From an uncultured bacterium (GTDB lineage Bacteria > Zixibacteria > MSB-5A5 > CAIYYT01): a DNA stretch of 64,000 nt. The notes under the pieces were generated by a model. The model did not search any database and was not told the origin of the DNA. It was given only the letters and a program-made list of their open reading frames with translations. The DNA is taken from NCBI GenBank assembly GCA_963726455.1, contig CAVSCK010000004.1:1376001-1440000 (forward strand), written 5' to 3'. Positions 19,546 through 29,916 of the stretch are shown in pieces; within the stretch, counting starts at the first letter, position 1; each line of letters starts with the position of its first letter. Position numbers and translations under genes: made by a program.

Positions 19546-19836
19546 TCACTTCTCCGCCAGCAACTGCTCAACATGCGCAGCGAGAGAACCTACTGTCGCG
19601 AACACCGACTCTGAGTCGGCAAGAGTTCGCTCCGTCGTCAAGACTACGGTCTGATGCAACTCTTCCTGCACTCTGCGTTCCACCGCTACAATCAAATTGA
19701 CCAGTCCCATGGAGTCCAGCGTCCCTCCCTCGCCCGTCAGGCGGGCGGAGGCAGACCGTTCGACTTGATTTGACGGTGGGAGCTGCCCATTGACGTCATC
19801 TATTGCTTTGAGGATAATATCCAGCATTACAGCCAT
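19546..19836 (-). CDS. Acyl carrier protein
   Basis: LDSMGLVNLI phosphopantetheine-site motif and TVGSL; adjacent to FkbH. Start uncertain. Confidence 0.8.
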   Translation of the reverse strand: MAVMLDIILKAIDDVNGQLPPSNQVERSASARLTGEGGTLDSMGLVNLIVAVERRVQEELHQTVVLTTERTLADSESVFATVGSLAAHVEQLLAEK

Positions 19837-19913
19837 CTCAACACACTCGCTAACGGCCGCCCAGGCAGGTCGGAACATAGCGTCGTTGCCAACCCCATAT
19901 CGGTTTTAGGGAC

Positions 19914-20804
19914 CTAGATTCCCCAATCACCGTCGATCACTTCGTATGAGAGTTGCCCGCCCGATTCGCAGAAATCTTTGAGAGCCAGCAAGAATGCATG
20001 CCAGCCCTGCTGGTAATCTTTATTGTAACGAGACGGATCGAAGCCGGTATGGCGCAAGTTTACGCGTGTCCGTTCACCGATACGCTGCAATTCCCAGGTC
20101 ACCAAATTGCCGGACTGACCTTCGCCGGGAGAGTCCCAATCGTAGGAGAGCTTCTTGTTTTCGACGAACTCGGTAATCTGCCGGGGGCCGATTTGCCGGG
20201 CCTGTCGATCTTTCCATCCGGTGACATACCGCCCGCCGACTTTCGGCTCGCATTCGGCGTCCCGGGCAAACCAGATGCGCAAATCATTGACGTCGGTTAA
20301 CGCTCTGAAGACAATCGAGGGCAGCGCCTCGATAAACAGCTCGCGTTTGACGGTACCGCTGTCGATGCGCGTGTAATCAAGGCGATAGGCGGGCCGCTGC
20401 AACTCGACGACCGTTCGCAGGTTGTAGATGTAAATAATCCAGGCGTCCATCATTAATGAATTAGCGGGAATCTTGTCGTGAAACACAAGGAACTCGCACC
20501 AGCGGCCGTGGTCATCTATCCGAAATTCCACTTCACTCTGCGTATTTGAGATCGGCCAAGTGAAGCGCATCGAACGATTCGGTTCCAGTCCGATGATTGT
20601 TCCCTTGATTTCCTTTTCAGGGAAAGTAGTAGCGACGCAGTTTTCACCCCAGAGATGAATCGCTCCGCGCAGCTTGAGATTGATCTCGCCCCTATTGCAG
20701 AGCCATATCCCCAGCTTGAGCGGATTGGTGATCGCGTCATAAATTCGGTTCGGATCAGAATCGATTCTGATCTTGACTCGCAGCCGCTTCTTTTCCACTC
20801 CCAT
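19914..20804 (-). CDS. Tandem SRPBCC/AHSA1-domain protein
   Basis: Two repeats of the pattern IYDAIT/VFRALT...W...H...W. Confidence 0.8.
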   Translation of the reverse strand: MGVEKKRLRVKIRIDSDPNRIYDAITNPLKLGIWLCNRGEINLKLRGAIHLWGENCVATTFPEKEIKGTIIGLEPNRSMRFTWPISNTQSEVEFRIDDHGRWCEFLVFHDKIPANSLMMDAWIIYIYNLRTVVELQRPAYRLDYTRIDSGTVKRELFIEALPSIVFRALTDVNDLRIWFARDAECEPKVGGRYVTGWKDRQARQIGPRQITEFVENKKLSYDWDSPGEGQSGNLVTWELQRIGERTRVNLRHTGFDPSRYNKDYQQGWHAFLLALKDFCESGGQLSYEVIDGDWGI

Positions 20805-20866
20805 CGGCCCAATATAAGCTACATCTCAATGCAACCGCAAGTGTTCTGTCACCTCACTGTGGGCGG

Positions 20867-21214
20867 CTATTTCTCGCTAAACAGGCCGATCGGATTGCCA
20901 TCCAGATCTGCCAGGAAGGCATAGTAACCGAATCCGGGGATCCTGGTCTTGGCAACCAGAAGGCGCCCGCCCAGCTTCATCGCCCGGGCCAATGTCTTTT
21001 CGATGCTGGCGACATGGATATACACATAGACTCCGGTGTTCGGAACCAAAGGCAGCTTCTTGATCAAGCCGCCATGGGGTACCCGGCCGGTCTCCATCTG
21101 AAAATAATCTTTGCGCGCCTTCTTGATCTTCCAGCCGAACAGTGAATCGTAAAATGTCCGTGCCTTGGCGGGGTTGGTTGATGCCACCTCAAACCAGCAG
21201 AGATGATTGGCCAT
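20867..21214 (-). CDS. VOC/glyoxalase family protein
   Basis: WFEV, FYDSLFGW and DLDGNPIGL motifs; GGAGGA SD. Confidence 0.88.
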   Translation of the reverse strand: MANHLCWFEVASTNPAKARTFYDSLFGWKIKKARKDYFQMETGRVPHGGLIKKLPLVPNTGVYVYIHVASIEKTLARAMKLGGRLLVAKTRIPGFGYYAFLADLDGNPIGLFSEK

Positions 21215-21255
21215 GATAATTCCTCCGAAGAAAAGCGTGATTTTCGCTTGTTCGG

Positions 21256-21284
21256 ATGATAGACGGACAGCTCTGTGTTGTCAA
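21256..21284 (-). promoter_or_regulatory. Putative sigma70 promoter of the VOC gene
   Basis: TTGACA-17-TATCAT. Confidence 0.7.
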
Positions 21285-21323
21285 CCGGAAACTGGATGCG
21301 GCGTCAAATAATCTGCTGCAATG

Positions 21324-22757
21324 TCAACTAATCGTGTGCAGTTTCAGCATGTTGGTGGCGCCCCGTTCGAAGATCGGCGCCGAGGCAACAATCAGGATGT
21401 TATCTCCTGCCTTAACGGTGCCGTCGGCCTTGAGCGTCTTCTCGGTGCGGCGAATGACTTCGTCGACGGACTTCAGCATCGGCAGGCAGCGGGGTATCAC
21501 ACCCCGATACATCATCAAGCGAGGGAGAATTCTCTTATGCGGCGTAAACGCGATGATCGGCACGTTCGCGCCCTGCTTCGAGATCAAGCGTGCAGTCAAA
21601 CCCGATTGCGTGAAACAGGCGATTACGCGTGCATCGATATCCTTGGCCATGGCCACCGCTGCTTCCGCGACGGCAATGGAGAATTCGACTGCCGGCCTGC
21701 CAAACAGATTCAAGACCGGCGGTTGCGTTTTCAGCCTCTGTTCCGTGGTGTGAACGATACGCGACATCATTGCAACAGTTTCCACCGGGTACTTGCCGGC
21801 AGCCGTTTCACCGGACAACATGACGCAATCGGTCCCGTCGAAAATTGCATTGGCAACATCGGAGACCTCCGCTCGCGTCGGCGATGGGTTTTGTGTCATC
21901 GATTCCAGCATTTGCGTGGCAGTGATAACGGGCTTGTGATGCTCTCCGGCGATGGCAATGATGTTCTTCTGGATGATAGGCACTTCTTCCAGCGGCATTT
22001 CCACGCCCAAGTCACCGCGCGCCACCATCACACCGTCGGCAACCTCGATTATCGCCGCGAGATGCTTGATCGCCTGGGGCTTCTCCAGCTTGGCTATCAC
22101 GGGTGTATTGTGCCCCCGCTTCTTGATTTCCTGCTTAAGCCGCAGCACATCGTGCTCAGTGCGCACAAAGGAGAGAGCAATCAGATCGACCCCGTGTTTC
22201 AGGCCGAATGTCAGATCGTCCAAATCCTTGTCCGTCAGCGATGGCAGCGACAGAGTTGCCCCAGGGAGATTGATGCCCTTGTGTTCACGCACAATGCCGC
22301 CCTTGATAACCCTGGCTTCGATTTCGTGATGCCCCGACTTAACAACTTCCAGCCGTATCATGCCGTCGTCGATCAGCACTTGATCGCCACGCGTCAGGTC
22401 GGGTATCAACTCGGCGGGCACTGCCGACATCGTATGGCTGTCGCCGATGATTTCCTTCGCCGTTAGCTTTACATTCGTGCCGTTCTCCAGCACCACCTGT
22501 CCGCCATGCAGTTTCCCGACGCGAATTTTGGGCCCGCAGAGGTCTTGCAGAATCGCTATGGGCCGATCCAGCTTTCGCGCGACAGTGCGAACTTTGCGTA
22601 TTAGTCCTTGGTGAAATTGATGTGAACCGTGCGAGAAATTCAGCCGTGCAACGGACATTCCGGCTCGGGCAAGGGCTTCGATCGTGGCGGCATCCGCACT
22701 GGCCGGACCGAGCGTGCAGACAATTTTGGTGGCACTGAAATCATTCTGCTGTGACAT
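21324..22757 (-). CDS. pyk: Pyruvate kinase
   Basis: TKIVCTLGP, ARLNFSHG, MVARGDLG, ATQMLESM and MLSGETA motifs. Start set at ATG 22757. Confidence 0.97.
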   Translation of the reverse strand: MSQQNDFSATKIVCTLGPASADAATIEALARAGMSVARLNFSHGSHQFHQGLIRKVRTVARKLDRPIAILQDLCGPKIRVGKLHGGQVVLENGTNVKLTAKEIIGDSHTMSAVPAELIPDLTRGDQVLIDDGMIRLEVVKSGHHEIEARVIKGGIVREHKGINLPGATLSLPSLTDKDLDDLTFGLKHGVDLIALSFVRTEHDVLRLKQEIKKRGHNTPVIAKLEKPQAIKHLAAIIEVADGVMVARGDLGVEMPLEEVPIIQKNIIAIAGEHHKPVITATQMLESMTQNPSPTRAEVSDVANAIFDGTDCVMLSGETAAGKYPVETVAMMSRIVHTTEQRLKTQPPVLNLFGRPAVEFSIAVAEAAVAMAKDIDARVIACFTQSGLTARLISKQGANVPIIAFTPHKRILPRLMMYRGVIPRCLPMLKSVDEVIRRTEKTLKADGTVKAGDNILIVASAPIFERGATNMLKLHTIS

Positions 22758-22844
22758 AGCCGCAATTGAAGGAGTTAAACGCCTTCTGTCAAGGACGCAC
22801 TTTTGGGCCTGACCGTGAACTGTTTTTGCACGGCATGTTGTTTG

Positions 22845-24888
<2,044 letters not shown>

Positions 24889-24889
<1 letters not shown>

Positions 24890-25950
24890 TGTCTAACGGA
24901 AGCAAGTTGCTGACGATGAACCAGGTTGCCACGCCGCTTCTGGCCGTGGCGGCGATGACGGCGCTCTGCTATTTTGCGGCTCCGATTCTTGTGCCGTTGG
25001 TAACTGCGGCCACCTTGACTTACGTTCTCTGGCCCGGCGTGGCCGCGCTCAGGAAGCTGAAGATTCCTCATATCCTTGCCGTGATAATCATCATGCTCTT
25101 AGCCATCATTGCCCTGACCGCTATCGGTATGCTTATTTACAGTGAGGCCGTGACCTTTTCGGACAACTTACCGTCTTACTGGGACAAATTCCAGAAGTTG
25201 CGCACTGAACATGCCGCTGAGCTGCCAAAGTTCCTGAGCTTTCTCGGACAAGACAGCACCGGCACAACGTTGATGGACGGCGTCGATGTGACAAAGCTCT
25301 CGGCCATACCCAAGTTCTTCTTCAAGGGCGTCGGCTCGGTATTGAGTTTCTTCGGCCAGGCGATACTGGTGGTATTGTTAACGCTGTTCATGCTGATCGA
25401 ACAACGCGGATTTCGAAAGCGCATTGTCAGATCGCTAGGAACGGATAATGTCACGGCTACAACCACAATCGTCTCGAAAATCTCGGCGCAAATTGCCGGC
25501 TATCTGTGGGTGCGGTTCTTAGTCACTGTCGCACTGGCTATTATTTTCAGTGTGGGATTGTTGATCGGCGGGATCAATTATCCCTATGTGTGGGGGCCAC
25601 TGGCGGCGCTGCTGAATCTTGTACCATACGTCGGCGCCTATATCGGCGCCGCACCCCCGATGATTATGGCCTATGTTCAGCATGGCACGCTTTGGCCGTC
25701 CCTTTGGGTACTGGTGTTCTTCATGGCAGTGCAGTTCGTTGAGTCAAACTTGATCACTCCGCGCCTGTTGGGCAAACAACTAAACATCAATCTCCTGGCC
25801 CAGTTGATCTCGACCATCTATTGGGGCTGGCTCTGGGGCGCGATCGGCATTGTGCTGGCGGTTCCGATCACTGCAACTCTCAAAGTTGTTTGTGACCATG
25901 TTGAAGCGCTGCATCCGATCGGGATTCTCCTCTCCGGAGACGACAATTGA
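24889..25950 (+). CDS. AI-2E family transporter
   Basis: Multi-TM; LNLVPYVG, QFVESNLITPRLLG and GIVLAVP motifs. Confidence 0.9.
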
Positions 25951-26801
25951 AGATTCGACCGTTGCGCTTCGCGTCGGTTCTCCTGCGTCGAACATTCTTC
26001 ACTGATCATTGCCCATCTCTGGCGGCCGCGATTTCCTTCTATGCCATTCTCTCTTTCGTGCCTTTCGTGCTGCTGGCGGTCTCACTCTTGAGCCATTTCG
26101 TCGAGTCGTCCGATGAGGCACTGCAGCAGATCATTTCCATCCTTACGCAGAATTTGCCATTGTCGACCACGTCAGCCGTTGACCTGATCACTGCGACCAT
26201 CAAAGGGCAAACTATTTACGGCATTGTAGGCGTGATCGGATTGTTGTGGGGCAGCATGTCGGTATTCTCCGTACTCGAATATGCGATGAACCGTATCTGG
26301 CGCAGTGTCGACCATCGTACGTTTTGGCACTCCAAGCTCGTCGCACTGCTATGCATTCCGTTTATGATTCTCTTCGTACTGATATCGCTCGCGCTGACCG
26401 GCCTGATCAGTATTGCCAAGGCGGGCCGGCTTCCGATAATAGACGTTCCACTTCTCAAGCTCCCACTGGTCGGAACCGTTGTATCCTTTGCCGTGCCGAT
26501 CATCGTTTCCACGATGTTGTTCGTCTGGATCTTCTACTTGCTCCCCAGCAAATGGAATCACTTCCGCAACGCGCTCTACGGTGCGCTTCTGGCGGGGTCA
26601 CTCTGGGAAATCGCGAAGCTTCTCTTCGACTACTATGTCGCACATCTGGCGAAGTTTCTCACCGTCTATGGCTCGTTCACTTCGGTCGCCATCATGTTCC
26701 TGTGGGTGTACTACTCTGCCTTCGTCGTTCTCTTAGGAGCCGAGTTCGGGGCGCTCCTGGAAGAAGTTCGCGAACGCGGTGACGCAGTCGAAAGCACCTG
26801 A
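25947..26801 (+). CDS. YihY/BrkB family membrane protein
   Basis: AAAISFYAILS, AMNRIW and YGSF...WVY...LLGAE motifs. Confidence 0.9.
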   Translation: MKIRPLRFASVLLRRTFFTDHCPSLAAAISFYAILSFVPFVLLAVSLLSHFVESSDEALQQIISILTQNLPLSTTSAVDLITATIKGQTIYGIVGVIGLLWGSMSVFSVLEYAMNRIWRSVDHRTFWHSKLVALLCIPFMILFVLISLALTGLISIAKAGRLPIIDVPLLKLPLVGTVVSFAVPIIVSTMLFVWIFYLLPSKWNHFRNALYGALLAGSLWEIAKLLFDYYVAHLAKFLTVYGSFTSVAIMFLWVYYSAFVVLLGAEFGALLEEVRERGDAVEST

Positions 26802-26845
26802 AGCCAGATGACCTCCAAGTCAGTCGTGATTACCCAATGCAGAAA

Positions 26846-26872
26846 CGCCGCGTTACCCAGAGCAACGCGGCG
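26846..26872. terminator. Hairpin between convergent genes
   Basis: 9-bp stem CGCCGCGTT/AACGCGGCG; only a weak U-tract. Confidence 0.45.
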
Positions 26873-26901
26873 AATCAGAGCTTATGTGTTGAATTACTGA
26901 C

Positions 26902-28020
26902 TTAAAGTCTGTCGGCAACCGCTTTGGCCATATCAGAGGTAGTTGCTTTTCCGCCCATGTCGTACGTCCGCACTTTGCCTTCTTTGATAATCTCTGCAAC
27001 CGCCCGCTCCAGCCGATCAGCGTCCTTTGTTTCACCCAAATATTCAAGCATCAGCTTGGCGGCCAGCATCGTGGCGATCGGATTGACTTTGTTCATGCCG
27101 GCATATTTCGGGGCTGAGCCGTGCGTCGGCTCGAATACGGCGTAGTTGTCGCCGATGTTGCCTGCCGACGCAAATCCCAAGCCGCCGACAAGTTGGGCAC
27201 ACAGGTCAGAGATAATATCACCAAACAGGTTGGTCGTGGCCAACACCTCGTAATCGGACGGATTCTTGATCAGCCACATGCACATGGCATCAATATTCGT
27301 CTCGCCCAGCGCGATTCCCGGATACTCCTTGGCAACCTTGCGCCCTTCGCGAATGAACAGCCCCGACGTTTCGCGGATGACATTCGGTTTTTCCACCAGT
27401 GTCACCGACTTCTTCCCATTGGCTTTGGCAAATTCAAACGCGTCGCGGATGATGTTTCGCGAGGCAGTCTTGGTAACCAGTCGGCAAGACAGCGCGACTT
27501 CATCCTCCGGCATGTCCGCAAAACGTTTGGCCTTCTTGTTGAATTCGGCCATGGTGGCAGACAACTTTTTCGGCAGCGGATAATATTCCACACCGGCATA
27601 TAGATCCTCGGTATTCTCGCGGAACACCGTGATATCGATACCTTCCTTGTAGTTGAGCGGATTGCCTTTGTACGCCTTGCAGGGGCGCTTATTCGTGCGC
27701 AGATCAAACTCCTGCCGCAACCGCACGATCGGCGAGGCATAATTCAGGCCCTTTTCCTTCAACGCAGGAAGTAGTTCTGCCTGGGCTTCTTCCTTGGGCT
27801 TGGACGTAATTGCGCCGAACAGTGCGCAGTCGGTCTCCTTGAGCAGCTTGACAGTCCTGTCGGGCAGCGGGTTTCCTTCGTTGCACCAAAATTCCCAGCC
27901 GATGTCGCCAGGGATATACTCAGCCGATAATTTCATTTTGTCCAGCACGACGCGCGTCGCATTCATAACTTCCACGCCAACGCCATCTCCCGGCAACCAG
28001 GCGATACGATACTTTGCCAT
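26902..28020 (-). CDS. Isocitrate/isopropylmalate (beta-decarboxylating) dehydrogenase family
   Basis: PGDGVGVEV, RENTE, NLFGDIISD and FEPTHGSAPK motifs. Substrate cannot be determined. Confidence 0.92.
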   Translation of the reverse strand: MAKYRIAWLPGDGVGVEVMNATRVVLDKMKLSAEYIPGDIGWEFWCNEGNPLPDRTVKLLKETDCALFGAITSKPKEEAQAELLPALKEKGLNYASPIVRLRQEFDLRTNKRPCKAYKGNPLNYKEGIDITVFRENTEDLYAGVEYYPLPKKLSATMAEFNKKAKRFADMPEDEVALSCRLVTKTASRNIIRDAFEFAKANGKKSVTLVEKPNVIRETSGLFIREGRKVAKEYPGIALGETNIDAMCMWLIKNPSDYEVLATTNLFGDIISDLCAQLVGGLGFASAGNIGDNYAVFEPTHGSAPKYAGMNKVNPIATMLAAKLMLEYLGETKDADRLERAVAEIIKEGKVRTYDMGGKATTSDMAKAVADRL

Positions 28021-28037
28021 AATCTCTCCTAGCAGGA

Positions 28038-28937
28038 TTACTTCAATTGAACGGTGAGCGCGAAACGGTGGCTGGAACCAAGTCCGGATTTGAACGGCAC
28101 AAAGGCGTAATCAACCCGCCAGATTGCCTTGGAAAAGCCCACGCCGACGGCGAAGTTCTCTTCGTCGTAACCGATCTTGTAGCCGGCCCGCAACGCAACA
28201 TATTCGACGATATATCTTTCGAGGCCGAGGTTTATTTTGACGTCGTCGTTCTTTGGTTTCGAGACGTCAACGCCCGCCGTCATTTTCTTGGCCTCAAAAG
28301 ATGCACCGCCGGCCGCGGTTACCGGCATCGGGATTGCCTCGCTATGGAACTTTGGATTGGAACCGATATTTCTGCCCGCGATCCCAATTGAAATACTATT
28401 GGTAGGATGAAATCTGGCGCCAAAATCAAAGAGCACCGTCTGCGCGGCCTGTGGCTCGATTCTTTCGGCGGCATATTTCACCGTCGCGCCCAGTGCCAGA
28501 CGTTCTGAGAAGGAATGTGCATAGGCAGCATAGAAGAGAATGTCGCGCGCATCAAATGTCCCCAGCGGTTCGTCTGTGGGACCCTGACGGCTCTCGATAT
28601 TTCCAATCTGCAGATAATCGAATCCAAGTGAGACTGCGCCCTTGAACATCGGCGTGGTAACTCCCGCGAACTCGCGGCGCGAGTCAAAGATGTTCTCATG
28701 GTGCATGAAACCGATCGAGGTTTCTTTGGCATCGGACATGACTGCCGGATTGAAGTAAACGCCGAATAGACTCGAGGTCACCGCGACGCCGACATCACCC
28801 ATCGCCGCATTGCGAGCGCCGGGTGACACTTTCAGAAAGCTAAATCCGGTCTTGCCTGGATCGGCGGCGGAGGCCATTTGCCCACATGCTGCGAATGCGA
28901 ACAGCAACAGAAAGGAGATTTGTCTTATGTATTTCAT
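28038..28937 (-). CDS. PorV/PorQ-family outer-membrane barrel
   Basis: Signal peptide; FLKVSPGARNAAMG, YFNPA, LRAGY, DYAF and HRF motifs. Confidence 0.8.
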   Translation of the reverse strand: MKYIRQISFLLLFAFAACGQMASAADPGKTGFSFLKVSPGARNAAMGDVGVAVTSSLFGVYFNPAVMSDAKETSIGFMHHENIFDSRREFAGVTTPMFKGAVSLGFDYLQIGNIESRQGPTDEPLGTFDARDILFYAAYAHSFSERLALGATVKYAAERIEPQAAQTVLFDFGARFHPTNSISIGIAGRNIGSNPKFHSEAIPMPVTAAGGASFEAKKMTAGVDVSKPKNDDVKINLGLERYIVEYVALRAGYKIGYDEENFAVGVGFSKAIWRVDYAFVPFKSGLGSSHRFALTVQLK

Positions 28938-28946
28938 TTGATCTTT

Positions 28947-29915
28947 TCAGAATCCTACTGCAAAGCCAAAGATTGATTCCCAACCACCAATGTTCTGCGC
29001 TTGTTCCACGGCGATGTCAATCATCACGGCGATCTTTCCCACCGGCAACTTGAATCCCGCACCGAAAGTCGGTTGTCCATGCGACAATCCGGCCCGCAAT
29101 GCCGCTTGTTCAATGAGGTGGTACTCACCTCCTGCGTACAGACGCATTTTGCTGTTCTGGTTGAACTCACCATCGACGGCCAAAAGCAGTTTCGACTTGA
29201 GGCACAACACCGACGAACCCAGCTTGACCTGCAGCGGGACGTTGTCCGTATGCGCGGTACCCAGACCGCCGAGGGGTCCCCAGTAATCGCCGGTATTCCA
29301 GGGATATTTCGCCGAGATATTGCGCACTGTTGCGCCGACGCGCACCAGGTTGAACGGGCTTCCTTCGGGTAGACCGGCGCCCGGCCGGATGTGCAACATG
29401 CCACCGATATCGAAGCCGGCGGAGTTGGCCTTGGTCGTCTCAAGTTTTTTGTAATAGTATCGCACATCTCCGCCCAACGTCACAAAGCGCGAAAACCGGC
29501 GCGAGAAGATGATGGAAAACACCGCATCAGTGTTGTTCAAAGTTCCCGTCGGTTCGCCGCGATTATTTCGGCCTTCAATATCACCCATCGAGGCCATCTC
29601 GGCGGAAAAACCGATTGCCGCTTCGCCGCGCACCGGAAACAGCACCGCCAACTGTTGCAGCGAACGCTGGTAGGACATGTCGCGATAAGCGCCGCCCACG
29701 GTTGCTCTCTGCACTTGCGCCACCGCGCCGGGATTGAAAAACACCCCGGAAATGTCATCGGATACGGCGGTATAGGCATTGCCCATTCCCGTCGCGCGAG
29801 GATTCATCGAAAGTTGCAGGTACGCGCCTGCATAGCCGCCGTCCTCCGCGGCGAACAACATCGCCGGCAGACCGAGCAACAGCGCCACCAATATGAAAGA
29901 TATGTTCTTCTTCAT
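28947..29915 (-). CDS. PorV/PorQ-family outer-membrane barrel
   Basis: Signal peptide; RATGMGNAYTAVSDD, FFNPG and LRAG motifs; terminal Phe. Confidence 0.8.
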   Translation of the reverse strand: MKKNISFILVALLLGLPAMLFAAEDGGYAGAYLQLSMNPRATGMGNAYTAVSDDISGVFFNPGAVAQVQRATVGGAYRDMSYQRSLQQLAVLFPVRGEAAIGFSAEMASMGDIEGRNNRGEPTGTLNNTDAVFSIIFSRRFSRFVTLGGDVRYYYKKLETTKANSAGFDIGGMLHIRPGAGLPEGSPFNLVRVGATVRNISAKYPWNTGDYWGPLGGLGTAHTDNVPLQVKLGSSVLCLKSKLLLAVDGEFNQNSKMRLYAGGEYHLIEQAALRAGLSHGQPTFGAGFKLPVGKIAVMIDIAVEQAQNIGGWESIFGFAVGF

Positions 29916-29916
29916 A

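Noticed and set aside
21321-22466. 381 aa + strand ORF
   Set aside because: Antisense shadow of pyk.
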